DNA of 64,000 nucleotides from Candidatus Eiseniibacteriota bacterium. GTDB taxonomy: Bacteria > Eisenbacteria > RBG-16-71-46 > CAZAMP01. The stretch is taken from assembly GCA_965224245.1 (NCBI GenBank), contig OZ245046.1, forward strand, positions 3,456,001 through 3,520,000, in the 5' to 3' direction. This document shows positions 42,454 to 51,325 of this stretch, one piece after another; the first letter of the stretch is position 1, and each line of letters begins with the position of its first letter. The notes under the pieces were generated by a model. It ran no database searches and was not told the origin of the DNA. It saw only the letters and a list, made by a program, of their open reading frames with translations. A program made the translations under genes and the position numbers.

Positions 42454-43083
42454 CTAGTCCGGGCCGGCGCCGATCAGGTCCCGCGTGCTCTCCCAGACGC
42501 GCGCCGCGATCTCGTCCGCGGACCGGGTCGCATCCAGGACCACCACCCGCGGCTCGGTGGCGAGCGACAGATACGTCTCGCGCACCCGGTCGTGAAACGC
42601 GATCGCTTCGCGCTCGAGCCGATCCAGGCCGCCGCGTCCTCGAACTCGCGCGAGGCCCTCTCGCGGATCCAGGTCCAGCAGGAACGTGCGATCGGGCCAG
42701 CGCGATCGCGTCGCGAAGGTGTTGAGCTCGGTCACGAGGTCCACGCCGAGCTCACGGCCGCCGCCCTGGTAGGCCGTGCTGGCATCCACGTAGCGGTCGC
42801 AGATCACGACGCGGCCCGCCGAGAGCGCCGGCTCCAGCTCGCGATCGACGAGCTCGGCCCGCGCGGCGAGGTAGAGAAGGAGCTCGGCCCGGGCCGACAC
42901 CGGCCCGCTCCCCGCATCCAGGAGAATCGCGCGCACGCGCTCGCCGAGCGGTGTGGCGCCGGGCTCCCGGAAGATCGCCGGCTCGCGACCGATCCCGGTG
43001 AGGCGCTCGGCGAGCCGTCCGATCTGCGTCGTCTTGCCCGCGCCCTCGCCTCCCTCGAACGTGATGAGGACCCCGGTGCTCAT
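42454..43083 (-). CDS. tmk: Thymidylate kinase
   Basis: ITFEGGEGAGKTT, REPG, ELLLYLAAR, CDRYVDAS.AYQG, PD.T..LD, DRLE. Confidence 0.96.
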   Translation of the reverse strand: MSTGVLITFEGGEGAGKTTQIGRLAERLTGIGREPAIFREPGATPLGERVRAILLDAGSGPVSARAELLLYLAARAELVDRELEPALSAGRVVICDRYVDASTAYQGGGRELGVDLVTELNTFATRSRWPDRTFLLDLDPREGLARVRGRGGLDRLEREAIAFHDRVRETYLSLATEPRVVVLDATRSADEIAARVWESTRDLIGAGPD

Positions 43084-43667
43084 TCGTCCGCGAGCTTGCC
43101 GTACACGTGGACCAGTCGGTGGAGCGCGGTCGCGTGTACGAGCACGACCAGGACCCACAACACGATCGAGACCGCGGGCCCCCCGATCAGACACATCGCG
43201 ATCATCAGCACCAGACGTTCGGGGCGCTCCATCAGACCCACCGTGCAGGTGGTGCCGACGCCCTCGGCGCGCGCGCGCACGTAGCTGACCAGGAGCGATC
43301 CGAGCAGCACGAGCACGATCGCCAGGAGCGTCCAGTCGGCGCCCCCACGCCCGGCGAAGTACCAGGCGAGTCCGGCGAGAAAGAACCCCTCCGCGTACCG
43401 GTCGAGCGTCGAGTCGAGAAACGCGCCGCGGGCCGACGTGCGCCCGCTCTTGCGGGCGACCGCGCCGTCCATCATGTCGAAGATGCCCGAGAAGAGGAGC
43501 CACACGCCGCTCTCGCGAATACCCCCACGTGCGGCCGTCACGCCGGCCACGATCGCGCAGGCGAGCCCCACGATCGTCAGGACGTTGGGGTGCACGTTCG
43601 CCGAGGCGAGAAACGCCACCACGGGATCGAACACGCTGCGGACGTTCTCCTTGAACTCGTGAACCAT
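43080..43667 (-). CDS. CDP-alcohol phosphatidyltransferase, phosphatidylinositol-phosphate synthase-like
   Basis: HPNVLT, DMMDGAVAR, GAFLDSTLDRYAE, VSYVRARAEG, VGLMERPERL. Confidence 0.85.
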   Translation of the reverse strand: MVHEFKENVRSVFDPVVAFLASANVHPNVLTIVGLACAIVAGVTAARGGIRESGVWLLFSGIFDMMDGAVARKSGRTSARGAFLDSTLDRYAEGFFLAGLAWYFAGRGGADWTLLAIVLVLLGSLLVSYVRARAEGVGTTCTVGLMERPERLVLMIAMCLIGGPAVSIVLWVLVVLVHATALHRLVHVYGKLADE

Positions 43668-43717
43668 GAACCGACCTCGATTCCGCCGCGAAGTCGCGGC
43701 TCGCTGACGTGCGGGGG

Positions 43718-44518
43718 CTAGCCGAAGACCTCGCGCGTTCGTGCCCTGGCCTCTGCCGGTGAAAGACCTTCCGCGAGAAGCCGCTCGTACGTGGCCAGCG
43801 CCTCGCCGTGAAACGTCGGGTCGTCGTCCGCCTCGTCCCTCGCTCCTGCCACGACGATCGTGAGCTCCCCACGCACCCGCTCGGTCTCCGCCCATGTGAC
43901 GAGCTCGGAGAGCCGCCCGCGCACGAACTCCTCGTGACGCTTGGTCAGCTCGCGCGCGAGCACCGCCGGGCGATCGCCGAGCGCCGCGACCAGATCGCCG
44001 AGCGTCTTCGCCAGCCGGGGCGGTGCCTCGTAGACGATGAGCGTCGCGTGGAGCGCTCCGAACTCCTCGAGCACGCGGCGGCGCCGAATGCGTCGGGGCG
44101 GCAGGTACCCGATAAAGCAAAACCGATCGGTCGGCAAGCCCGACGCCGCCAGTGCCGCCAGCGCGGCCGAGGGTCCCGGAACCGGAACCACCCGCACGCC
44201 GGCCTCCACCGCGGCCACCACCAGCCGGTAGCCCGGATCACTGACCGACGGCGTTCCGGCATCCGTCACGAGCGCCAGGGTCCGCCCGTCGACGAGCGCA
44301 CCGACGAGGCCGGGCGTCGTGGCGGCCTCGTTGTGCTCGTGATGACTCACCAGGCGCGCGCGAATGCCCAGGCGCTCGAGGAGACGGCCGGTGTGGCGAG
44401 TGTCCTCGCACACGACCTGGTCGGCGGTGCGGAGCGTCTCCTCGGCTCTCGGGGACAGGTCGGCCACGTTTCCGATCGGGGTCGACACCACGAACAGCGT
44501 TCCGGCGCGGTCGCTCAC
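43718..44518 (-). CDS. rsmI: 16S rRNA C1402 2'-O-methyltransferase
   Basis: LFVVSTPIGN..D.S.RA, CEDTR, DAGTP.VSDPG, PGPSA, YEAP.R, RELTK.HEE, RGE. Confidence 0.96.
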   Translation of the reverse strand: MSDRAGTLFVVSTPIGNVADLSPRAEETLRTADQVVCEDTRHTGRLLERLGIRARLVSHHEHNEAATTPGLVGALVDGRTLALVTDAGTPSVSDPGYRLVVAAVEAGVRVVPVPGPSAALAALAASGLPTDRFCFIGYLPPRRIRRRRVLEEFGALHATLIVYEAPPRLAKTLGDLVAALGDRPAVLARELTKRHEEFVRGRLSELVTWAETERVRGELTIVVAGARDEADDDPTFHGEALATYERLLAEGLSPAEARARTREVFG

Positions 44519-46992
44519 GACGATCTCCGGCGCCACCATCCGACGAGCCCGAAGGCGATCGAGCCCAGGGCCAGGAGGCGCCCGCCGTTCGAGAGACGCG
44601 ACGCCAGCACCTGCGAGGCGTCGTGAAACTCGAACACGACGTCGTGCTCGCCCGGAGGCACGGCGACCGCGCGTGCCACGTAGTCGGCGGGGACGATCGG
44701 AACCGGCTCGCCGTCCAGCGTGGCTCGCCAGTCCGTGTAGTAGGCGTCGGCGAGCACCAAGTAGCCTCCGTCACCGGACGTGCGCACGTCGACGCGCTCG
44801 TCGGCGTAGTGCGTCAGACGCGCGGTCGCGTGCCACGCGGTGGAGTCGGACGGGGCGCCCGCCCCCGCCGGCAACGGATGCGGAGACTCCAGCAGAACGG
44901 TGGACGTGGGATCGAAGTCCGGCTCGGCCAGCCGATCGAACATCGCGAGCGGGTCCTCGATCACCTCGGCGGTCGGCACCACCCAAGCCCGCTGGCTCGG
45001 ACCGTCGTACTCGAGCACGAGGATGTCGCCCACCGGGGACGGAGACGTCGTGATCAGGGGCAGCCCCATCTGCTCCGCGAGCGACTGACGATCCTCGGGA
45101 TGCAGACGCACGCCGGGAACGTGGATGATGACGTGCGACACGTCGAACATCGGCCAGAGCGAGTGGTTGTTCCAGGCCCCGACGTCGACAAAGTCGCGGA
45201 AGCGCCGGAGACCGGCGACGTGGTAGCCGCCGACCGTCTGCACGTCGATCTGGCCGTACTCGTTTCCCTTGTGCAGCTTCAGCTCCGCCGAGCTCTCACC
45301 CACGAAGAGATCGAACACCAGCACGCGCCGCGGCTCGGGCTCCGCACGCAGGATCCGCTCGACGTCTGGAGGAAGGCCGATGGTCTCCTGGATGCGCGCG
45401 GGCGCCATGGGCGCGTAGAACTGACGGTCGAGTCGAACCAGATCGACCGCGAGCAACACGAAGAGCCCACCCCAGAACGCCGCGACGGGGACGGTCCCCC
45501 GCCGGCGGAGCCAGCCGAGGCCGAGGACGCCCAGCGCCAGGAGCGAGGTGACGAGAAGATCCGAGTACCGCATGTCTCGACGCGCCTCGAGAATCTCGGG
45601 GGGGACCAGCGCCAGCGACTCGCCCGGCTTGGTGTACCCGGCGCCTGGCTCCGCGCCGGACAGCCCGCCCAGCAGACCGGCCAGCGCCGTGAGGGCGAAC
45701 ACGATCGCCAGCCCGACGAGAACGCGATCGGCCCGGCGGTCGGTCGCGACCGCATCGTCCGATGGGGGCTCCACGTCGGCGTCCGCGCGCCGGGATCCCA
45801 GCCAGTCCGCCGCGCGCATCATCGGCCACAACGCCAGGAACGGCAGCAGCCCGTAGATCATCGAGGGCACACGAAACCGATCGAAGAGCGGCAGCACGTC
45901 GTAGAGCGTTCGATACACCGCCGAGGCGTGGCGCCCGAACCCGATGGACAGCACCACGACGACCGACACCGTCACGAACCACCGCCGCCAGCCGGTCAGC
46001 AGCGCCATGCCGAGCGCGGCCAGCACGAGCGGGACGATGCCCAGCGCGTGCGTCGATTGCGTGAACGGCATCCAGCCGAAGTACGTGGCGGTCTGCAATC
46101 CGTAGTAGGACGGGAACACCAGCGAGATCAGCTCTCGTGGGTGGAACGACCAGTTGGTCGCGTACGCCCACGGCAGCGCGCCGCCTCCGCCGGCCTCGGG
46201 CAGGACGCTCGGCGCCCCGCGGATCGATTCGCCGATGTAGTGCGCGACCGGCACGTACGGCAGCGTGACCATCAACCCGGCGAGAACGAGAGCGGCGGCC
46301 AGCTCGGCCGCGCGACGACCTCGAACGCCGCTCCCCTCGCGCCACAGCCGCACCACGACGTAGGGACCGGCGATCATCCAGCTGTAGTAGATGATCTGCG
46401 GGTGGTTGGCCCAGAACTGGAGCGCGATCGCGATCGCGGCGACCCCGATGCCGAGCGCGCCCCCGCGCGCGAGCAGAAACTCGAGGCCCCAGAACACCAG
46501 CGGCAGGAACATCAGCGCCATCATCTTCGAGCTGTGACCGGCGCCCAGGTTTCCCAGCATGTACGGCGTGAACAGATACGCGGCCGTGCCCGCGAGAGCG
46601 GCCGGACGGCTCGCACCGCGTCCCCGGAACAGAGCGAAGAGCGCGATCGCACCGATCGCGAACCACAGGCAGTAGCGCGAGCCGCGGTTCATGTCGAACG
46701 TGCGGTGGGCCCAGCTGAGCGGACTCCCCGGCGTGAAGATGAAGCTCCCGTAGGACGGCATGCCGAGGAAGATGTCGGGGTACCAGAGCGGAACGTGACC
46801 GGTCTCGGCCATGTTCCGCTCGGCCCACGCCTTGTGAGCCTCGGCGGACGCGGTGTCCGCCGCGAGGGGCTCGCGTCCGTCGAAGACCATCGCGCGGAAC
46901 ACGAAGACGGTCAGCGCGATGAACCCGATCACGATCAGCGCGGAGACGACCGGGCCGCGGGGCGCGACGGCGCGCGAAGTGGAGTCGGTCAT
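44515..46992 (-). CDS. YfhO-like multipass membrane protein (GT-C fold)
   Basis: PLWYP.IFLGMP, HPQIIYY, FRVPS, C-terminal LVLADAYY..W.A.LDG....ARAVAVPPGEH.V.F; many TM helices. Confidence 0.85.
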   Translation of the reverse strand: MTDSTSRAVAPRGPVVSALIVIGFIALTVFVFRAMVFDGREPLAADTASAEAHKAWAERNMAETGHVPLWYPDIFLGMPSYGSFIFTPGSPLSWAHRTFDMNRGSRYCLWFAIGAIALFALFRGRGASRPAALAGTAAYLFTPYMLGNLGAGHSSKMMALMFLPLVFWGLEFLLARGGALGIGVAAIAIALQFWANHPQIIYYSWMIAGPYVVVRLWREGSGVRGRRAAELAAALVLAGLMVTLPYVPVAHYIGESIRGAPSVLPEAGGGGALPWAYATNWSFHPRELISLVFPSYYGLQTATYFGWMPFTQSTHALGIVPLVLAALGMALLTGWRRWFVTVSVVVVLSIGFGRHASAVYRTLYDVLPLFDRFRVPSMIYGLLPFLALWPMMRAADWLGSRRADADVEPPSDDAVATDRRADRVLVGLAIVFALTALAGLLGGLSGAEPGAGYTKPGESLALVPPEILEARRDMRYSDLLVTSLLALGVLGLGWLRRRGTVPVAAFWGGLFVLLAVDLVRLDRQFYAPMAPARIQETIGLPPDVERILRAEPEPRRVLVFDLFVGESSAELKLHKGNEYGQIDVQTVGGYHVAGLRRFRDFVDVGAWNNHSLWPMFDVSHVIIHVPGVRLHPEDRQSLAEQMGLPLITTSPSPVGDILVLEYDGPSQRAWVVPTAEVIEDPLAMFDRLAEPDFDPTSTVLLESPHPLPAGAGAPSDSTAWHATARLTHYADERVDVRTSGDGGYLVLADAYYTDWRATLDGEPVPIVPADYVARAVAVPPGEHDVVFEFHDASQVLASRLSNGGRLLALGSIAFGLVGWWRRRSS

Positions 46993-47182
46993 CCCAGAGC
47001 CTCGGCAGGAGTGTCGGCGATCGCGGCACCGCGACCGCCCGTCGATCGCCGCGCCCGGCGTGCGGGCGCGGCGGGTCGCCCCGGCGGCTGTGCGGCGAAG
47101 AGCCGCGGGGGACGCCTCATCCCATCATCCCGCAACGACATGAGCGGGTGGTCGGGGACGACGGGGATGCACGCGCGATGTA

Positions 47183-47461
47183 TCAGGGCATCGCGACCTT
47201 GTCTTTGAGCTCCTTGGATACCTTGAACACGGGCACGCGCCGCGCGGGCACCTCGACGGCCTCGCCGGTGCGCGGGTTGCGCGCGATGCGCGCCTTGCGG
47301 TCCTTCACCTTGAACGTCCCGAAGCCGCGAATCTCGATGTGCTTACCCGACTCCAAGGCCCGAGCGACCGCGGTCAGAAACTCGTCGACGGTTTCCGCCA
47401 CGTCCTTCTTCGTGAGTCCCGTCCGTTCAGCGATCTCGTCGACCAGATCCGCCTTGGTCAT
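47183..47461 (-). CDS. hup: HU family DNA-binding protein
   Basis: MTKADLVDEIAE, IEIRGFGTF, RIARNPRTGE, VPVFK. Confidence 0.93.
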   Translation of the reverse strand: MTKADLVDEIAERTGLTKKDVAETVDEFLTAVARALESGKHIEIRGFGTFKVKDRKARIARNPRTGEAVEVPARRVPVFKVSKELKDKVAMP

Positions 47462-47566
47462 CGCTTCCCTCCTGCTCCTCGCCCGATGGGTGACCCATGC
47501 GGCGAGGGGTGTGTCGACTTGGCGCCGGGGCACATCATGAAGCGCCGCAACATCTTAACCGGATCG

Positions 47567-47595
47567 ACGCTAGCACGGGCTTTTGGGAGGGTCAA
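47567..47595 (-). promoter_or_regulatory. Sigma70-type promoter TTGACC-N17-(TG)TAGCGT for the HU gene
   Basis: -35 at 47595-47590, 17-bp spacer, -10 at 47572-47567, A/T-rich UP-like tract upstream. Confidence 0.65.
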
Positions 47596-47632
47596 GAAAA
47601 AAGAGGTGTCTAACTCTTTGACTCGCTTGAAG

Positions 47633-48613
47633 CTACCGAGAACCCGGCGACGATTCGTTTGCGTCTCGAATGTGGAGCTGGAACTCGGCGGGGTGGATTC
47701 CGATGATCCGGAGCCCTCCCGCGAGGTCGACCGACGGCGTCACGGTGTGCGTGCCGGGGCCGAGACCGGCCGCGTCGACGTGGATCGTGATGCCCGTCGG
47801 CTCGCCGCGCGCGGCTCGCTCCCCGAGCCGATCGAGCCGGCTCCGGGGGCCGAAGAGCGTGACCGCGCCCGAGTCCGGGGTCACGTCCACGAGGTAGCGG
47901 CGCGCGTTCCGGACCGCGACCGGGATCGCGTCGAGCTTCAGCTGGGAGACGGGCTCGACGTCGGCGTGGACGGCCACGGTGCCCGGGTGCGCGGTGAGCC
48001 CGCGCGGAAGCGATATCTCGACGCGCTCGGAGACCGGACGATCCCAGGTCGACGTGTCGATGGGGCGCGTCCGGACCCCTTCGAGTCCCTCGACGATTCG
48101 CTCGGGCCCGGTGATCGCGACCGCCGACGGAGCGATGGTGACCTCGCCGCTGATGTCGAACCCCTCCGGCGGCGACCCGACCAGCGCGGCCTCGACGTCC
48201 ACCTCGCGGGTGAGCCGCTCGTCGAGACTCAGCGTCAACGCCTTCGGCTCGATGATCGCCAGCACGTTGACCGGAAGATCGAGCGGAACCACCACGTCGC
48301 CCCGGGCGAGGACCCGGCGGACGTCGGTCTCGTCTCCATCGAGACGGACCGCGACGAACACCCCGCTCTCGGCGGGCGGCGTGGAGCGGAGCTTCAGCGC
48401 CAGCCGTCCCTTGGCCGAGACGCGAATCGTCGCCAGCGGCGGCGGCTGACTCACGAGCACCATGTCGGGCGGGCGCTCCACGACGAGCCGAACATCCAGA
48501 TCCAGCTCGTGCTCGGTGTCGAGGTACACCCCCCCGAACACGACGAGGGCGAGCCCCAGGGCCAGGAGCTTGGCGCCCAGGTTCTCGGTCAGCCGCCTCC
48601 GGATCGGTGTCAT
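47633..48613 (-). CDS. YbbR/CdaR-like protein
   Basis: ENLGAKLLAL.LA N-terminal TM followed by YbbR-like repeats (PSAVAITGP, PDSGAVTLFGP, GTHTV). Confidence 0.8.
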   Translation of the reverse strand: MTPIRRRLTENLGAKLLALGLALVVFGGVYLDTEHELDLDVRLVVERPPDMVLVSQPPPLATIRVSAKGRLALKLRSTPPAESGVFVAVRLDGDETDVRRVLARGDVVVPLDLPVNVLAIIEPKALTLSLDERLTREVDVEAALVGSPPEGFDISGEVTIAPSAVAITGPERIVEGLEGVRTRPIDTSTWDRPVSERVEISLPRGLTAHPGTVAVHADVEPVSQLKLDAIPVAVRNARRYLVDVTPDSGAVTLFGPRSRLDRLGERAARGEPTGITIHVDAAGLGPGTHTVTPSVDLAGGLRIIGIHPAEFQLHIRDANESSPGSR

Positions 48614-48665
48614 CCCCACCTCGCTTCGGGCGCGCGCCGTCGCGCGCGCCGCCCGGTCGCGCCGG

Positions 48666-49502
48666 TCAGGCGCGCGTCGCCAGGAACCACGCACCCGTCG
48701 TCAAGAGCTCTCCGAGTCCCGGCAACCGGCCGAGGAGCCCGGCCCGGACGACGGGAACGCGATACCGATACCGAAACGCGGGGCGCAACACAAACGCCGT
48801 TTCGTCCACGAGGGTCAGCGGACTCGATGCGATCGCGGCTCGCATGCGGCGCCGGCCGAGGCGGCAGCGTCCCAGGTGCAGGACCTCGGCCGAGTGGTCG
48901 GGGTCGAGACGCCGCGCCAGACCCAGGAAGCCCGGCACGTGCTGGATCCAGGGGAGCTTCAGGATCGGCCGTGACAGGAGCTGCTGGTGCGCGCCGAACG
49001 GCGACGCATAGGGCGGAAAGGTGAACAGCACGTGCCCGCCGGGTGCCAGGAGTCGCGCCAGCACCCCGAGCGCGCGATCCAGCGCCTCGACGTGTTCGAT
49101 CACGTCGCGAAGGAGAACGAGCGCGTACGGCGGACGGAGCTCTCCGAGGGTCGCCTGGTCGGTCACGTCACCGACCGCGAACCGGATCGCGCCGAATCCG
49201 AGGGGCTCGTTGATCGCGCGCGCGAGCTCGGTCCGCGGCGCCGAGAGCTCCAGACCGTCGGCGTCGAGGCCGGTCGCCACGTGGAGCGCGGCCAGACAGC
49301 CGCCCTCGCCGGCGCCCACCTCGAGCAGTCGCCCCGACGAGGGCCGCGCCCCATGCGCGTCGAGGTAGGGCAGGATGTGGTCGCGTGTGATCGCCCCCTG
49401 GAACTCCCAGTACGCGACCTTCCAGCGCGGCACGTCCGGTCCCAGACGCGCGAGGTCGGCCTCGGACAGCGTGGGGCGCAGTCGCTCGGCCCAGTACGTC
49501 AT
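48666..49502 (-). CDS. Class I SAM-dependent methyltransferase (surface-glycan locus type)
   Basis: LLEVGAGEGG, GLELS, LRDVIEHV, LAPGG, FPPYASPFGAHQ. ATG overlaps the upstream stop (ATGA). Confidence 0.88.
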   Translation of the reverse strand: MTYWAERLRPTLSEADLARLGPDVPRWKVAYWEFQGAITRDHILPYLDAHGARPSSGRLLEVGAGEGGCLAALHVATGLDADGLELSAPRTELARAINEPLGFGAIRFAVGDVTDQATLGELRPPYALVLLRDVIEHVEALDRALGVLARLLAPGGHVLFTFPPYASPFGAHQQLLSRPILKLPWIQHVPGFLGLARRLDPDHSAEVLHLGRCRLGRRRMRAAIASSPLTLVDETAFVLRPAFRYRYRVPVVRAGLLGRLPGLGELLTTGAWFLATRA

Positions 49503-51115
49503 CGAGGATTCCCCGGCGTGACGCCATCCTCGCCGACCACCTGGAAGATCACGTACCAGAACGTCGGGATCGGCATGTCCTTGGCCATCGGCCGGTAGCG
49601 TTCCGGGCGCCGCGCGAAGTACTCGGCCGGCACGTTGCCCTCCAGACGGTGGCTGAAGTGACTCTCCCAGACCACGAAGCTGCCGGCGGGAAGGCGGCGC
49701 AGCGTCTCGATCGTGACCAGCGGGTACCGCGTGCGATCGAACCGATCGTGGTCTCCCAGGAAGAAGAACCACGGGTGATTGACGGCCACCGGTCGACCGC
49801 GGGCGTTCGCATCGATCCAGCGCACGATGTCGGCGACCGCGCGTCGCTCGGGATTGAGCCCGATCGGCGGCTCGGCCACCGCCGTGGTCACCACGAGGAC
49901 GGCGACGACGGCCCACGCCCGGCGTGCCACGTCGCGGACGAGGGCGAACGCGGCGGCAGCCGCCACCGCGCTCCCGAACCAGATCCACGGCTCGACACCC
50001 CGGTTGACCGGGTGCTCCCACACGAGCTCGTGCACGCCGAACACCGCGATCGCGAGCGTGTGCGCGAGCGCGAGCGCCACGGCGACCCGATCGACCCACG
50101 CCCCGCGCCCACCGCGACCGGCTCCCGCGGGCTCCCAGGCAAAGCCGGCCACGAGCGCGATGAACGGACCGATGGCCACGAAGTGACGCAGATAGCCGAC
50201 GCTGCCCCCGATGTCGTGAGCGTTCCAGGCCAGGAGGCTCAGCCCCGCGAGCAGTGTGAGCACGCTCCCCGCCACGATCGTGCGACCGGTCCGCGCTCCA
50301 ACGCGCGTGGACCCCCGCGGCGCCGCGTCGGTGGGATCCGCGTCGCGGGCGCGGACGAGACCGCACAGCACGAACGCGTACAGCGCACCGCCGGTGACCA
50401 TCGGAAACGTCCGGACGTGATGGACGAGCGGCTGCCCCCCGGCGAAGGAGCGTCCGAACTCGTTCCCGAGGAGCTGGTTCAGGAGCCACAGCGGCTCGCC
50501 GTCGACGATCCATCCCCCGACGTTCCACACGATCAGACCGAGCGCGGCGAGTGGCAGCGGTCGTGGTCCGTACCGGCGTACGAGCGGCACGAGCAGCCAC
50601 GGCAGGACGAGAACCAGCTCCAGCCGCGTCAGGGGCACGAGCCCGATCAGGAAACCTGACAGCATCGCCCGGCCTCTCATCAGGGACCAGAGCGCGGCCG
50701 TCAGGAGCAACGCCGCCAGCGGCTCGACCAGCCCGCTGTACCCGAGCTTGAACGCGAAGGGCTGCGCCGCCACCGCCACCGCCACCGGCAATCGGACCGC
50801 ACCGAGCCCCAGCGCGCCGGCGACGCTCCAGGTCACCAGCAGCGTCGCCGCCGACACGAGCGCCGTCGTGATCTCGACCGCCCCGTACCCGAGCTGCGAC
50901 GGCAGCGCGTACACGAGCGTGAAGAGCGGCCGGCCCCACAGGCTGATCAGCTTGGAGGGATCGTGGATGCTCTGCTTGGCCAGGAAGTAGTGGGCGATGT
51001 CGTCGTCGTTGAACGTTCCGGGCGAGAGCCGGCCGTAGATCACCCAGACGAGAAGCCACACGACGCACACGGCCAGCACGCGCGCGTCGGGTCGGGTGGG
51101 GCGCACGGCGATCAT
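49499..51115 (-). CDS. Multipass membrane glycosyltransferase-like protein (GT-C/PMT-like)
   Basis: NDDDIAHY after TM1, WGRPLFT, LVEP, TRLE, YLRHF; many TM segments. Confidence 0.7.
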   Translation of the reverse strand: MIAVRPTRPDARVLAVCVVWLLVWVIYGRLSPGTFNDDDIAHYFLAKQSIHDPSKLISLWGRPLFTLVYALPSQLGYGAVEITTALVSAATLLVTWSVAGALGLGAVRLPVAVAVAAQPFAFKLGYSGLVEPLAALLLTAALWSLMRGRAMLSGFLIGLVPLTRLELVLVLPWLLVPLVRRYGPRPLPLAALGLIVWNVGGWIVDGEPLWLLNQLLGNEFGRSFAGGQPLVHHVRTFPMVTGGALYAFVLCGLVRARDADPTDAAPRGSTRVGARTGRTIVAGSVLTLLAGLSLLAWNAHDIGGSVGYLRHFVAIGPFIALVAGFAWEPAGAGRGGRGAWVDRVAVALALAHTLAIAVFGVHELVWEHPVNRGVEPWIWFGSAVAAAAAFALVRDVARRAWAVVAVLVVTTAVAEPPIGLNPERRAVADIVRWIDANARGRPVAVNHPWFFFLGDHDRFDRTRYPLVTIETLRRLPAGSFVVWESHFSHRLEGNVPAEYFARRPERYRPMAKDMPIPTFWYVIFQVVGEDGVTPGNPR

Positions 51116-51279
51116 CAGAAGAGCGTGTAGATGAACGGCGCCGCGCTCTGCCCGATCACGACCACGAGCCCGAGCGTCAACAGCAGCAGCACCAGGGGAA
51201 CCGGCCACCAGACCCGGTTCACCACCGAGTAGGCGCAGAGCTCGAGGAAGAGCCGGCCCAGATGTCGAACGCGCATCAT
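51115..51279 (-). CDS. Small membrane protein, SxtK/DUF5989-like (54 aa)
   Basis: Below the ORF-track cutoff. Manual translation MMRVRHLGRLFLELCAYSVVNRVWWPVPLVLLLLTLGLVVVIGQSAAPFIYTLF*, with the typical WWxxP and APFIYTLF end; TGATG coupling to the next gene. Confidence 0.85.
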   Translation of the reverse strand: MMRVRHLGRLFLELCAYSVVNRVWWPVPLVLLLLTLGLVVVIGQSAAPFIYTLF

Positions 51280-51325
51280 GACGACCTCGATCGGGTTCCA
51301 GAGGACCCAGCGGCTCTCGCCGGGA

